Of a stretch of DNA of 64,000 nucleotides, positions 18,674 to 26,289 are shown in pieces. Made by a program: the position numbers and the translations under genes. Under the pieces are notes generated by a model. That model was not told the origin of the DNA. It saw nothing but the letters and a program-made list of their open reading frames with translations, and searched no databases. Within the stretch, counting starts at the first letter, position 1. Every line of letters begins with the position of its first letter. The stretch is from an uncultured Flavobacteriaceae bacterium (GTDB lineage Bacteria > Bacteroidota > Bacteroidia > Flavobacteriales > Flavobacteriaceae), in assembly GCA_947493535.1 (NCBI GenBank), contig CANLRK010000004.1, forward strand, positions 34,950 to 98,949. The letters run 5' to 3'.

Positions 18674-19558
18674 TTACTTCTGATTATATCCAAAGCGGCG
18701 CAATTGTTTTGCATCGGTACGCCAGTTTTTATTTACTTTCACATATAGCTCTAAATGCACCTGCTTACCAAAAAATTGTTCTAAGTCTTTACGCGCTTCT
18801 ATACCCACACGTTTTAAAGCAGCACCTTTATGCCCAATTATTATTCCCTTTTGAGTGTCTCGCTCCACCATAATTATAGCACGCATCCTGATAATTTTTT
18901 CATCTTCAAAAAATTCTTCAGTCTCTACTTCTACAGCATAAGGGATTTCTTTTTTATAGTGCAATAATATTTTTTCACGTATACATTCATTTACAAAAAA
19001 ACGCTCTGGCTTGTCGGTTAATTGATCTTTAGGGTAATATGGAGGTGATGCTGGTAATAATTCAATTACACGCTCAAAAACTTCAGGAACATTAAAATTT
19101 TCCAATGCTGATATAGGATATATTTCCGCAGTTGGTACTTTTTCCGACCAATACTGAACTTGCTCTTCCAGAATTTCTTGATTAGACGTATCTATTTTAT
19201 TTAACAGCAATAACACTGGTATTTTTGAGTGCGCTATTTTATTAAAAAAAGCTTCATCTTTTAACCCTTTTTCTCCTATTTCAACCATATACACTAACAC
19301 ATCAGCATCTTCAAAAGCCGATTTCACAAAATCCATCATTGAACTCTGTAACTCATATGCTGGTTTTATTATTCCAGGTGTATCGGAAAATACTGCCTGA
19401 AAATCATCCCCATTAACAATACCTAAAATACGGTGTCGAGTGGTTTGTGCCTTAGAGGTAATTATTGATAATTTCTCTCCAACAAAGGCATTCATTAAAG
19501 TTGACTTACCCACATTAGGGTTACCAATAATATTTACAAAACCTGCTTTATGCTCCAT
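18674..19558 (-). CDS. era: GTPase Era
   Basis: G1 GNPNVGKST, G3 DTPG, G4 NKID, and a C-terminal KH domain (GHKGAALKRVG). Confidence 0.95.
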   Translation of the reverse strand: MEHKAGFVNIIGNPNVGKSTLMNAFVGEKLSIITSKAQTTRHRILGIVNGDDFQAVFSDTPGIIKPAYELQSSMMDFVKSAFEDADVLVYMVEIGEKGLKDEAFFNKIAHSKIPVLLLLNKIDTSNQEILEEQVQYWSEKVPTAEIYPISALENFNVPEVFERVIELLPASPPYYPKDQLTDKPERFFVNECIREKILLHYKKEIPYAVEVETEEFFEDEKIIRMRAIIMVERDTQKGIIIGHKGAALKRVGIEARKDLEQFFGKQVHLELYVKVNKNWRTDAKQLRRFGYNQK

Positions 19559-19582
19559 AGTGTTTTATTAGAATCTTTTTGC

Positions 19583-19590
19583 AAAGATAC
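19583..19590 (-). promoter_or_regulatory. Bacteroidota -7 box (minus strand TATCTTTG) upstream of era
   Basis: Plus strand CAAAGATA, 25 bp upstream of the era ATG at 19558. Confidence 0.45.
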
Positions 19591-19631
19591 TATAATACTT
19601 GTTAGCTTAAACAATATAAGTTGCTACAAAC

Positions 19632-19660
19632 AAAAAAGAGAACTTACAAACAAGTTCTCT
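19632..19660 (-). terminator. rho-independent terminator after the paralogue triplet
   Basis: AAAAA-AGAGAACTT-ACAAAC-AAGTTCTCT, with a U-tract on the minus strand. Separates the triplet from the era promoter. Confidence 0.75.
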
Positions 19661-19685
19661 TTTATATATTCTTTAATGTAGGGTA

Positions 19686-20525
19686 TTAATTATAATAATG
19701 AGCCACAATAACAATCTCATCATCTCCCCCACCTACTTGCATTTTCACGGCACCTGTACCTGCTGTATTGGCAACAAACATAATACCAGCAAACATTGGT
19801 GTATATGTACCAGGTCCTAATTTAACATAATCATGCCCAGTAGCATAAAACTTTTTATCAAAGCCTTCTAAACCACTAGCACCATCACTGTTACCATTGG
19901 TATAAAATTGCCCACTATATGCTAAAGCACCAGGGTTACCTGCAAAATCAATAGGGTTACCATCAACATCATTTCTTACCAAGGTAGCATCTCCAGGATT
20001 AACATATCCAGGACCATCTCTTCTTAAATACACATAAAATTGCACTGTACGTGCATGGTAATCATCTATACCAATACCACTTTTATAAATTTCATAAGAT
20101 AATGAATAGTTAATTTCTACTATTGCATTACGAGTTAAGGTAAATGTAGATAAACCTGGCCCAGTTTGTCTTGGCCAACCTCCTTGACTATACCCAGAAC
20201 CAACTCCAGTTTGGTTAATTTGATTTGAGTTTGCCCCTCCAGTATCTAAAGGGTCTTCTAAATAATTTGCTGGGTTAAATAACAATTCTATTTCAGTTGG
20301 CTCACTTGCTAACACCAAATCTCCATCACCATCTACGTGTACACGTGTGTTCTCAGCAGTACCCAAGTTTAAAGGGTTATTTGCAAAATTCAACCCTTCT
20401 ACTCTAATTGTAGAAGTAGCTCCTTCTACATGAAGTTCTTGTTGCGGTGTAGTAGTGTTCACCCCTACTTGTGCAAACGACACCACAGAAGCCATTATTA
20501 ATATATGTGTAACTATTTTTTTCAT
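19686..20525 (-). CDS. secreted hypothetical protein, paralogue 1 of a tandem triplet
   Basis: Signal peptide (…SFA/QV). Conserved post-cleavage motif QVGVNTTTPQQELHVEGATSTIRVEGLN. Shares later motifs with 20537..21304 and 21317..22066. No catalytic motif, lipobox or T9SS CTD seen. Confidence 0.7.
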   Translation of the reverse strand: MKKIVTHILIMASVVSFAQVGVNTTTPQQELHVEGATSTIRVEGLNFANNPLNLGTAENTRVHVDGDGDLVLASEPTEIELLFNPANYLEDPLDTGGANSNQINQTGVGSGYSQGGWPRQTGPGLSTFTLTRNAIVEINYSLSYEIYKSGIGIDDYHARTVQFYVYLRRDGPGYVNPGDATLVRNDVDGNPIDFAGNPGALAYSGQFYTNGNSDGASGLEGFDKKFYATGHDYVKLGPGTYTPMFAGIMFVANTAGTGAVKMQVGGGDDEIVIVAHYYN

Positions 20526-20536
20526 GCCTTACTTTT

Positions 20537-21304
20537 TTAGTTGTAAATACGAATTTTTAAGTAGTCGGATGATCCTCCGAAACCTACAAAAGTATCTCTA
20601 TTAGTTCCATCTGCTGTTTCACCAAAGAAGACTAAAGAATGATTTCCTGCTGGAATACTTCCATACCCTACTCCGTGAATAAATGCGTATCCTACCGAAC
20701 CTTGAGCATAAGATGCATAAGCCTCACCATGTAACCCATATACTTTTGATAATTCTGTGGCATCTAAGCCATCGCTATTTAAATCAATATAAAAATAACA
20801 ACGAATAGTTCGTGCAGATGTATCTATAAATGTTGATGCTGCTGGCTGTGGTAAAAATTCATCTGATAAATCTATCGTCATTACATAACGTACCTCAATT
20901 AACGCATTTTGCGGACTAGAAAACGGAACAGATACTATTTGTTCTGTAGCCGATGTTATCGTTGCATCATTAGCAACAACAGTACCATCACCATAAGGTC
21001 CGTTAGGCACAAAATTCGGAATGTTAATCAAGAAATTTAATGGTTCTAAATTTCCTGTACCAGAGCCTGAAGTATATCCTGGAGGGTATATGGTAATATC
21101 TCCCTCTGGAGTTACATAGGCTGGCGCCAATTTAACACCATCATTTAATAATGGTTCATTAACCGTATTTAAACTTTCTATTCTAATAGTAGACGTTGTT
21201 CCAGCTACGTGCAAATCTTGTTGCGGATTAGTTGTTCCTATACCTACCTGTGCCAAAGCTGCATTAGCTACAAGCGCGAATATATATATTGTAATTTTTT
21301 TCAT
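20537..21304 (-). CDS. secreted hypothetical protein, paralogue 2 of a tandem triplet
   Basis: Signal peptide (…ALA/QV). Motif QVGIGTTNPQQDLHVAGTTSTIRIESLN. Ends in ...YLKIRIYN. 11-bp gap to paralogue 1. Confidence 0.7.
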   Translation of the reverse strand: MKKITIYIFALVANAALAQVGIGTTNPQQDLHVAGTTSTIRIESLNTVNEPLLNDGVKLAPAYVTPEGDITIYPPGYTSGSGTGNLEPLNFLINIPNFVPNGPYGDGTVVANDATITSATEQIVSVPFSSPQNALIEVRYVMTIDLSDEFLPQPAASTFIDTSARTIRCYFYIDLNSDGLDATELSKVYGLHGEAYASYAQGSVGYAFIHGVGYGSIPAGNHSLVFFGETADGTNRDTFVGFGGSSDYLKIRIYN

Positions 21305-21316
21305 AGGGGTAGTTTT

Positions 21317-22066
21317 TTAGTATATACGAACAAACACAGCATCTGGCCCACCAGCAAAACGAACGTGAGTTGAACGGTTTGCTCCTCCTGATGATACACT
21401 TCCGTAAAAACGAAGTGTATGAGTTCCTGGTCCTAAAGGAATATAGGTTGTTCCTGAATTGTAAATAAAACCTGTTGCTGCATCAGGTAATGCCGTAGGG
21501 TCTGTTGCCACATCATTCCTGTTAAAATAACACTTAGAACTTTGCCCATACCTTCTTGTTGTAGGGGTAAGTGTTGGTGTATCTAATGTGAAAAAGTTAG
21601 TCACATTACGAGCGTACGGATCTTTTATTATATTTAATAAATTATCTTGAAACACTTCAATACTTAAAGAATACTTTAACTCTACAATAACATCTCTATC
21701 TATTGTTAATGGTATATCTAGTATTTCTACTACTTCATAACCGTCATTTATTCCAATAGGTAATATTGTTACCGTACCATTAATACCTGCAGTAGTCCAA
21801 GCATCGCCACCATCACTATTTTGATAAGCAGATACATCTAAGGTTAAATCTCCATTAGAATCTACGTATAGTGGATAGGTTTTTCCTGCTTCTCCTCCGT
21901 TATAATCGTGATTTGTTGCATTTAAACCATCTACCCTAATAGTTCCTGTTTGAGAACCTAAATGTAATTTTTGTTCGGGTACGGTTTCATTTATACCTAC
22001 CCCTTGGATTTGGGCATAAGACATAAATGATGCAAATAGACAAAATAAAAGTACTTTTTTTTGCAT
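21317..22066 (-). CDS. secreted hypothetical protein, paralogue 3 of a tandem triplet
   Basis: Signal peptide (…SYA/QI). Motif GVGINETVPEQKLHLGSQTGTIRVDGLN. Ends in ...AVFVRIY. 12-bp gap to paralogue 2. Confidence 0.7.
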   Translation of the reverse strand: MQKKVLLFCLFASFMSYAQIQGVGINETVPEQKLHLGSQTGTIRVDGLNATNHDYNGGEAGKTYPLYVDSNGDLTLDVSAYQNSDGGDAWTTAGINGTVTILPIGINDGYEVVEILDIPLTIDRDVIVELKYSLSIEVFQDNLLNIIKDPYARNVTNFFTLDTPTLTPTTRRYGQSSKCYFNRNDVATDPTALPDAATGFIYNSGTTYIPLGPGTHTLRFYGSVSSGGANRSTHVRFAGGPDAVFVRIY

Positions 22067-22107
22067 AGTTTAATTGGGTTAAAATAAAGATTTCTCTCAA
22101 TTCTGGG

Positions 22108-22132
22108 TAAAAATGAGGCGTTTAAGCCTCAT
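22108..22132 (-). terminator. terminator-like hairpin about 45 bp upstream of the triplet start codon
   Basis: Minus strand reads CTTTTTTT-ATGAGGC-TTAAAC-GCCTCAT-TTTTAC (7-bp stem, 4-5 U). Confidence 0.5.
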
Positions 22133-22593
22133 AAAAAAAGAGTTTTACATTTTTTTATTCACATTTCGATAAGGTGCTTTTATTACTCGTTGAAAAGCAA
22201 TGTTTTAACTTTTGCTACTAAACAAAAAAACACTTTAACTTATTTTTTTACACAAAACTTAGTGAATATACGAAATAAATAACCAGTATGTAAAATTAAA
22301 ACCATTTAAATGTGTTATTCGTAAAAAACAACTAGTTTAAATACAAACAATATAATAGGAATTGACGTGATTGTTGTTAAAAAGATGTTATGCAACCTAA
22401 TAAGATTCAATCTTAAAATACATCTACCAGATATGTATATGCTTAAGCACTATAAACCATAGTTTTAAAACTGTTTAAGTTTTTATATGTATGCCTTTTT
22501 AAAAAAATGGCACACCTAGATGTACACCTAATTTGAATTAATTTGTTGATTTATATATATTCAGGAAAGAAGAGAGTACTTGAATTTACCCAA

Positions 22594-22624
22594 CAAAAAA
22601 AGAGTAACCATTGCTGATTACTCT
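22594..22624 (-). terminator. rho-independent terminator immediately 3' of tRNA-fMet
   Basis: Minus strand reads AGAGTAA-(10-nt loop)-TTACTCT-TTTTTTTG. Confidence 0.7.
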
Positions 22625-22631
22625 TACTTAG

Positions 22632-22704
22632 TAGCGGGAGCAGGACTCGAACCTGCGACCTTCGGGTTATGAGCCCGACGAGCTGCCTACTGCTCTATCC
22701 CGCG
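22632..22704 (-). tRNA. tRNA-Met (CAU), initiator type (tRNA-fMet)
   Basis: The reverse complement folds by eye as CGCGGGA-TA-GAGC-AGTAGGCA-GCTC-G-TCGGG-CTCATAA-CCCGA-AGGTC-GCAGG-TTCGAGT-CCTGC-TCCCGCT-A. Initiator hallmarks present: anticodon CAT, three consecutive G:C pairs closing the anticodon stem, A11:U24, and a 1:72 mismatch. CCA is not encoded. Confidence 0.9.
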
Positions 22705-22789
22705 CTGTGAGTGCAAATATACAACAGTTTTATGCTTTTGCAAGTATTTTACTCATTTATTTTACGTAAATTGTACATTTGTTTCATTT

Positions 22790-24700
22790 TTAGCAGCTTA
22801 AATCATCAACTTCTTCCTGAATAGTCTCCCATTGCTCCATTAATTCACTTAGCTTATCTTTTTTTGATTGGTATTTATTAAAAAAATCAGGTTCAGCTAT
22901 AGTTTCGTCATAATTTACTGCTAATGCAATATCTATTTCTTTTAGTTCTCGCTCTAACCTATTAATAGTTGCCTCTATTTTACTAAGCTTATTATTTAAA
23001 GCTTTTATTTTTTTTTGCTCTTCGTAAGATTGCTTCTTATCTGCCTTAGGCTCCTCCTTAATTACTTCGCGCTTTTCTACTTCACGTAAACTCTCTACTT
23101 TTCGTTCTTCCAAATAATAATCAATATCTCCTAAATATTCTTTTATTACGCGATTTTTAAACTCATATACAGTTTTAGTTAACCCTTGAAGAAAATCTCT
23201 ATCGTGGGACACTACTACCAAAGTTCCTTCAAACTTTTTTAACGCTTCTTTTAAAACATTTTTTGACTTAATATCTAAATGGTTGGTAGGCTCATCCATT
23301 ATTAAAACATTAAGGGGCTGTAGTAGCATTTTTGCCAGAGCTAATCTGTTTCGTTCCCCACCAGAAAGCACTTTTACTTTTTTATCTACTTCTTCTCCTC
23401 TAAATAAAAAGGCTCCTAGTATATCTCTAACTTTACTTCTTGTTTTCTCATCTGCCGCATCAATCATTGTATCTTCAACAGTTTTATTTCCGTCTAAATA
23501 CTCTGCTTGGTTTTGAGCAAAATAACCTATTTGAACGTTATGCCCTATTTTCATAGTACCTTGAAAAGGTATTTCATTCACCATCATTTTTGCTAATGTA
23601 GATTTACCTTGACCGTTTTGTCCAACAAAAGCTATTTTACTTCCTCGTTCAATTAACAAGTTGATATTTTGCAACACCAGCTTATCACCATAACTTTTCG
23701 TTAAGTTTTCCGCCTCAAGAACAATTTTACCAGGCGTAATAGACACTGGAAAATTTAATGTCATTACCGCATTATCTTCTTGATCTACTTCAATTCTATC
23801 AATCTTATCTATTTTTTTGATGAGTGATTGTGCCATTGTAGCCTTATTAGCTTTAGCTCTAAACTTTTCTATTAGTTTTTCAGTATGCTCAATCTGTTTT
23901 TGTTGGTTTTTCTGTGCCGCCAATTGTTGTTCTCTAATTTCATTGCGCAACACTAAATACTGAGAGTATGGCTTTGGATAGTCGTAAATTCTACCCAATG
24001 ATATTTCAATTGTTCTGTTGGTTACATTATCTAAAAACATTTTATCATGCGAAACTATTACAACTGCTCCCGAATATGCTTTTAAAAATGACTCCAACCA
24101 AATAATTGACTCAATATCAAGATGGTTGGTTGGCTCATCTAGTAATAAGATATCGTTTTTTTGCAAAAGTAATTTGGCCAATTCTATTCGCATGCGCCAA
24201 CCACCGGAAAAAGTATCAGTTAATTTATCAAAATCTGTTCTTTTAAAACCTAACCCTTGTAGTATTCGCTCGGTTTCTCCTTGGTAATTATAACCTCCAT
24301 GTATTTCATACTGTTGCTGTAACTCTGTAACTTCTTCAATTATTTTAGCATACGCATCACTTTCATAATCAGTTCTATTGGCAAGCTCTGCATTAAGCTC
24401 TGCAATTTGAAACTCTAATTGTTTAATCAATTCAAACGCCTGATAGGATTCTTCTAACACTGTTCTCCCTGGCACAAAATCAATATCCTGACGCAAAAAA
24501 CCAATTTGAATATCTTTAACTAGCGCTATTTGTCCTGCATCATATTCTTGATCGCCAGCTATAACTTTAAGCATTGTAGATTTACCCGCACCATTTTTAC
24601 CTATTAAACCTGTGCGATCACCAGCCCCTAAACGAAATGTGATTTCTTTAAATAAATCTTCACCTTGAAAAGAAACTGTTAGGTTATGAATATTTAGCAT
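22790..24700 (-). CDS. ABC-F family ATPase (translation-factor type, no membrane domain)
   Basis: Two ABC cassettes (GKNGAGKST and GQNGQGKST, two LSGG signatures), an inter-domain linker, and a charged coiled-coil C-terminus. No TM segments. Confidence 0.9.
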   Translation of the reverse strand: MLNIHNLTVSFQGEDLFKEITFRLGAGDRTGLIGKNGAGKSTMLKVIAGDQEYDAGQIALVKDIQIGFLRQDIDFVPGRTVLEESYQAFELIKQLEFQIAELNAELANRTDYESDAYAKIIEEVTELQQQYEIHGGYNYQGETERILQGLGFKRTDFDKLTDTFSGGWRMRIELAKLLLQKNDILLLDEPTNHLDIESIIWLESFLKAYSGAVVIVSHDKMFLDNVTNRTIEISLGRIYDYPKPYSQYLVLRNEIREQQLAAQKNQQKQIEHTEKLIEKFRAKANKATMAQSLIKKIDKIDRIEVDQEDNAVMTLNFPVSITPGKIVLEAENLTKSYGDKLVLQNINLLIERGSKIAFVGQNGQGKSTLAKMMVNEIPFQGTMKIGHNVQIGYFAQNQAEYLDGNKTVEDTMIDAADEKTRSKVRDILGAFLFRGEEVDKKVKVLSGGERNRLALAKMLLQPLNVLIMDEPTNHLDIKSKNVLKEALKKFEGTLVVVSHDRDFLQGLTKTVYEFKNRVIKEYLGDIDYYLEERKVESLREVEKREVIKEEPKADKKQSYEEQKKIKALNNKLSKIEATINRLERELKEIDIALAVNYDETIAEPDFFNKYQSKKDKLSELMEQWETIQEEVDDLSC

Positions 24701-24720
24701 AGTATGTTACTAATGTTACC

Positions 24721-24743
24721 TAGTGTTTTTAATAAAAACACTA
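24721..24743 (-). other. perfect 10-bp inverted repeat in the putative ABC-F 5' leader
   Basis: TAGTGTTTTT-AAT-AAAAACACTA, about 20 nt upstream of the ABC-F ATG. Confidence 0.4.
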
Positions 24744-24749
24744 ATTTTG
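24742..24749 (+). promoter_or_regulatory. Bacteroidota -7 box TAATTTTG upstream of the DUF983 gene
   Basis: Exact TAnnTTTG, 37 bp upstream of the ATG at 24786. Confidence 0.4.
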
Positions 24750-24766
24750 TTACTTGTAATTTAACA

Positions 24767-24774
24767 CAAAAGTA
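24767..24774 (-). promoter_or_regulatory. Bacteroidota -7 box (minus strand TACTTTTG) upstream of the ABC-F gene
   Basis: Plus strand CAAAAGTA. Implies a ~60-nt leader containing the 24721-24743 hairpin. Confidence 0.4.
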
Positions 24775-24785
24775 CATTAAAATAT

Positions 24786-25169
24786 ATGCTTAAAAAAGGG
24801 AACAAATTATATAGTATTTTATTTGGTAAATGTCCGAGATGTCATCAAGAAAGCATGTATCAAGAAAAAAATCCGTATAAACTAAAAAGTACACTAGCTT
24901 TAAATGAAAATTGTAGTTCATGCGGATTAAAATATCATATTGAACCTTCATTCTTTTACGGTTCTATGTACGTAAGTTATGCCGTAGGTATTGCTTTTAC
25001 AGTTCCGCCTTTTATTATTAGCCACTTTTTACTACAAGCATCTTTACTAACTACTTTCTTTATTATCACAGGCACATTAATAATTTGCATGCCTATTATT
25101 GCTCGTTTGTCAAGAAATATATGGATAAACTTTTTTGTGAATTATGATAAGAGTAAAGCAATAAAGTAA
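24786..25169 (+). CDS. DUF983-like small membrane protein with zinc-ribbon
   Basis: CPRC...CSSC Cys pairs followed by two hydrophobic helices. Confidence 0.6.
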   Translation: MLKKGNKLYSILFGKCPRCHQESMYQEKNPYKLKSTLALNENCSSCGLKYHIEPSFFYGSMYVSYAVGIAFTVPPFIISHFLLQASLLTTFFIITGTLIICMPIIARLSRNIWINFFVNYDKSKAIK

Positions 25170-25173
25170 TGTT

Positions 25174-26226
25174 TTACGAAGAAACATGATGAAACCTAGT
25201 GATGTTTATCGCTTCATCCAGAGGCATATTATGCTCTATAGCATCATATAACTGTTTGCTCGTTATAGGTGCTACCATAACACCTCTGGTTCCCATTCCG
25301 TTAAGGATATACATGTTATGATGTTTAGGGTGATTCCCCACTAAAGGCTTACGATCTTTTACCGTAGGACGGATTCCTGCAAGTTGATCCACAATTTCAT
25401 AGTCACATTTTAAAAAGAGATCTAATTTTGTTTTCAACTCTTGTTGAGCTTCTAAAGTAGTACCCCATGTCTTATCAGTCCAATGGTAGGTAGCTCCAAC
25501 CAAATAGTGGTTGTTAACTTCAAGAGGAATAATAAAAACACCCGATTTAACAATAGAGTTTAACTGCAACTCATCAGCTTTAATAATTAACACTTCCCCC
25601 TTAGTTCCATTAAGAGGTAAGTAATTAAAGTATGGATTATTAACCATACCATAACCTTCTGCAAACACAATTTTTTTAGCCGTTAACGTTTTATATATAA
25701 CACTATCTGAGTTAAAGTGTAAAGCATCATAATTGAACTTTTCACAGCTATACTGATTTCGACTTAGTAGAATTTGCTTATATGATTGCAACAATTTTGC
25801 AACATGTAATCTTCCTGCTTGTAAAACCTCTCCGTAATTATATTTTGCTTCTATACTTTTATTCGTATTCAAAACAAACTTGGAAGACAAGTAGGCACTT
25901 AGGCTTGGCTTATCGGAAGCAATTAACCAATTGTTTTGCTCTTCAATAGCATTAAAAATTCTCAATACCGGAAAAGGTTGTATAAACTCATTATCTAAAA
26001 AACGCTCTATACACTTATAAAAAGGAATGGCATAATTGAGTTGTTCTGTAGCATTCCAGGGGGAAGTAAAACGCTTTAAAATAACCGGATTATACATACC
26101 TCCAGCCACTAAAGAAGAAGATTCTTTTTCCTGATCAATAACTACAAATTCTTTTCCTGCTTTACGCAATTGCTCTGCGAAAGACAGTCCTGAAATTCCA
26201 AAACCTACAATAATATAATCTAACAT
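25174..26226 (-). CDS. FAD-dependent oxidoreductase (DAO family)
   Basis: N-terminal dinucleotide fold DYIIVGFGISGLSFAEQL...VVIDQ; 350 aa. Confidence 0.75.
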   Translation of the reverse strand: MLDYIIVGFGISGLSFAEQLRKAGKEFVVIDQEKESSSLVAGGMYNPVILKRFTSPWNATEQLNYAIPFYKCIERFLDNEFIQPFPVLRIFNAIEEQNNWLIASDKPSLSAYLSSKFVLNTNKSIEAKYNYGEVLQAGRLHVAKLLQSYKQILLSRNQYSCEKFNYDALHFNSDSVIYKTLTAKKIVFAEGYGMVNNPYFNYLPLNGTKGEVLIIKADELQLNSIVKSGVFIIPLEVNNHYLVGATYHWTDKTWGTTLEAQQELKTKLDLFLKCDYEIVDQLAGIRPTVKDRKPLVGNHPKHHNMYILNGMGTRGVMVAPITSKQLYDAIEHNMPLDEAINITRFHHVSS

Positions 26227-26234
26227 TGGTGTAT

Positions 26235-26260
26235 AAAAAAACTCCTACAAATGTAGGAGT
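26235..26260 (-). terminator. rho-independent terminator after gldN
   Basis: AAAAAA-ACTCCTA-CAAATG-TAGGAGT; U-tract on the minus strand. Confidence 0.7.
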
Positions 26261-26289
26261 TTAATTTTATAATAAATTGGAGAAACTTA

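Noticed and set aside
22508-22525. TGGCAC hexamer resembling a sigma-54 -24 element
   Set aside because: No TTGC follows at the required 5-nt spacing (the sequence is TGGCAC-ACCTA-GATG). On the plus strand it would point into the antisense of the tRNA rather than towards any gene.
19559-22789. Idea that the paralogue triplet is a tRNA-integrated genomic island
   Set aside because: There is no integrase, transposase or phage gene. I could not find a direct repeat of the tRNA 3' end (…GGTTCGAGTCCTGCTCCCGCTA) on the far side of the triplet. The genes are also not obviously different in composition from their neighbours.
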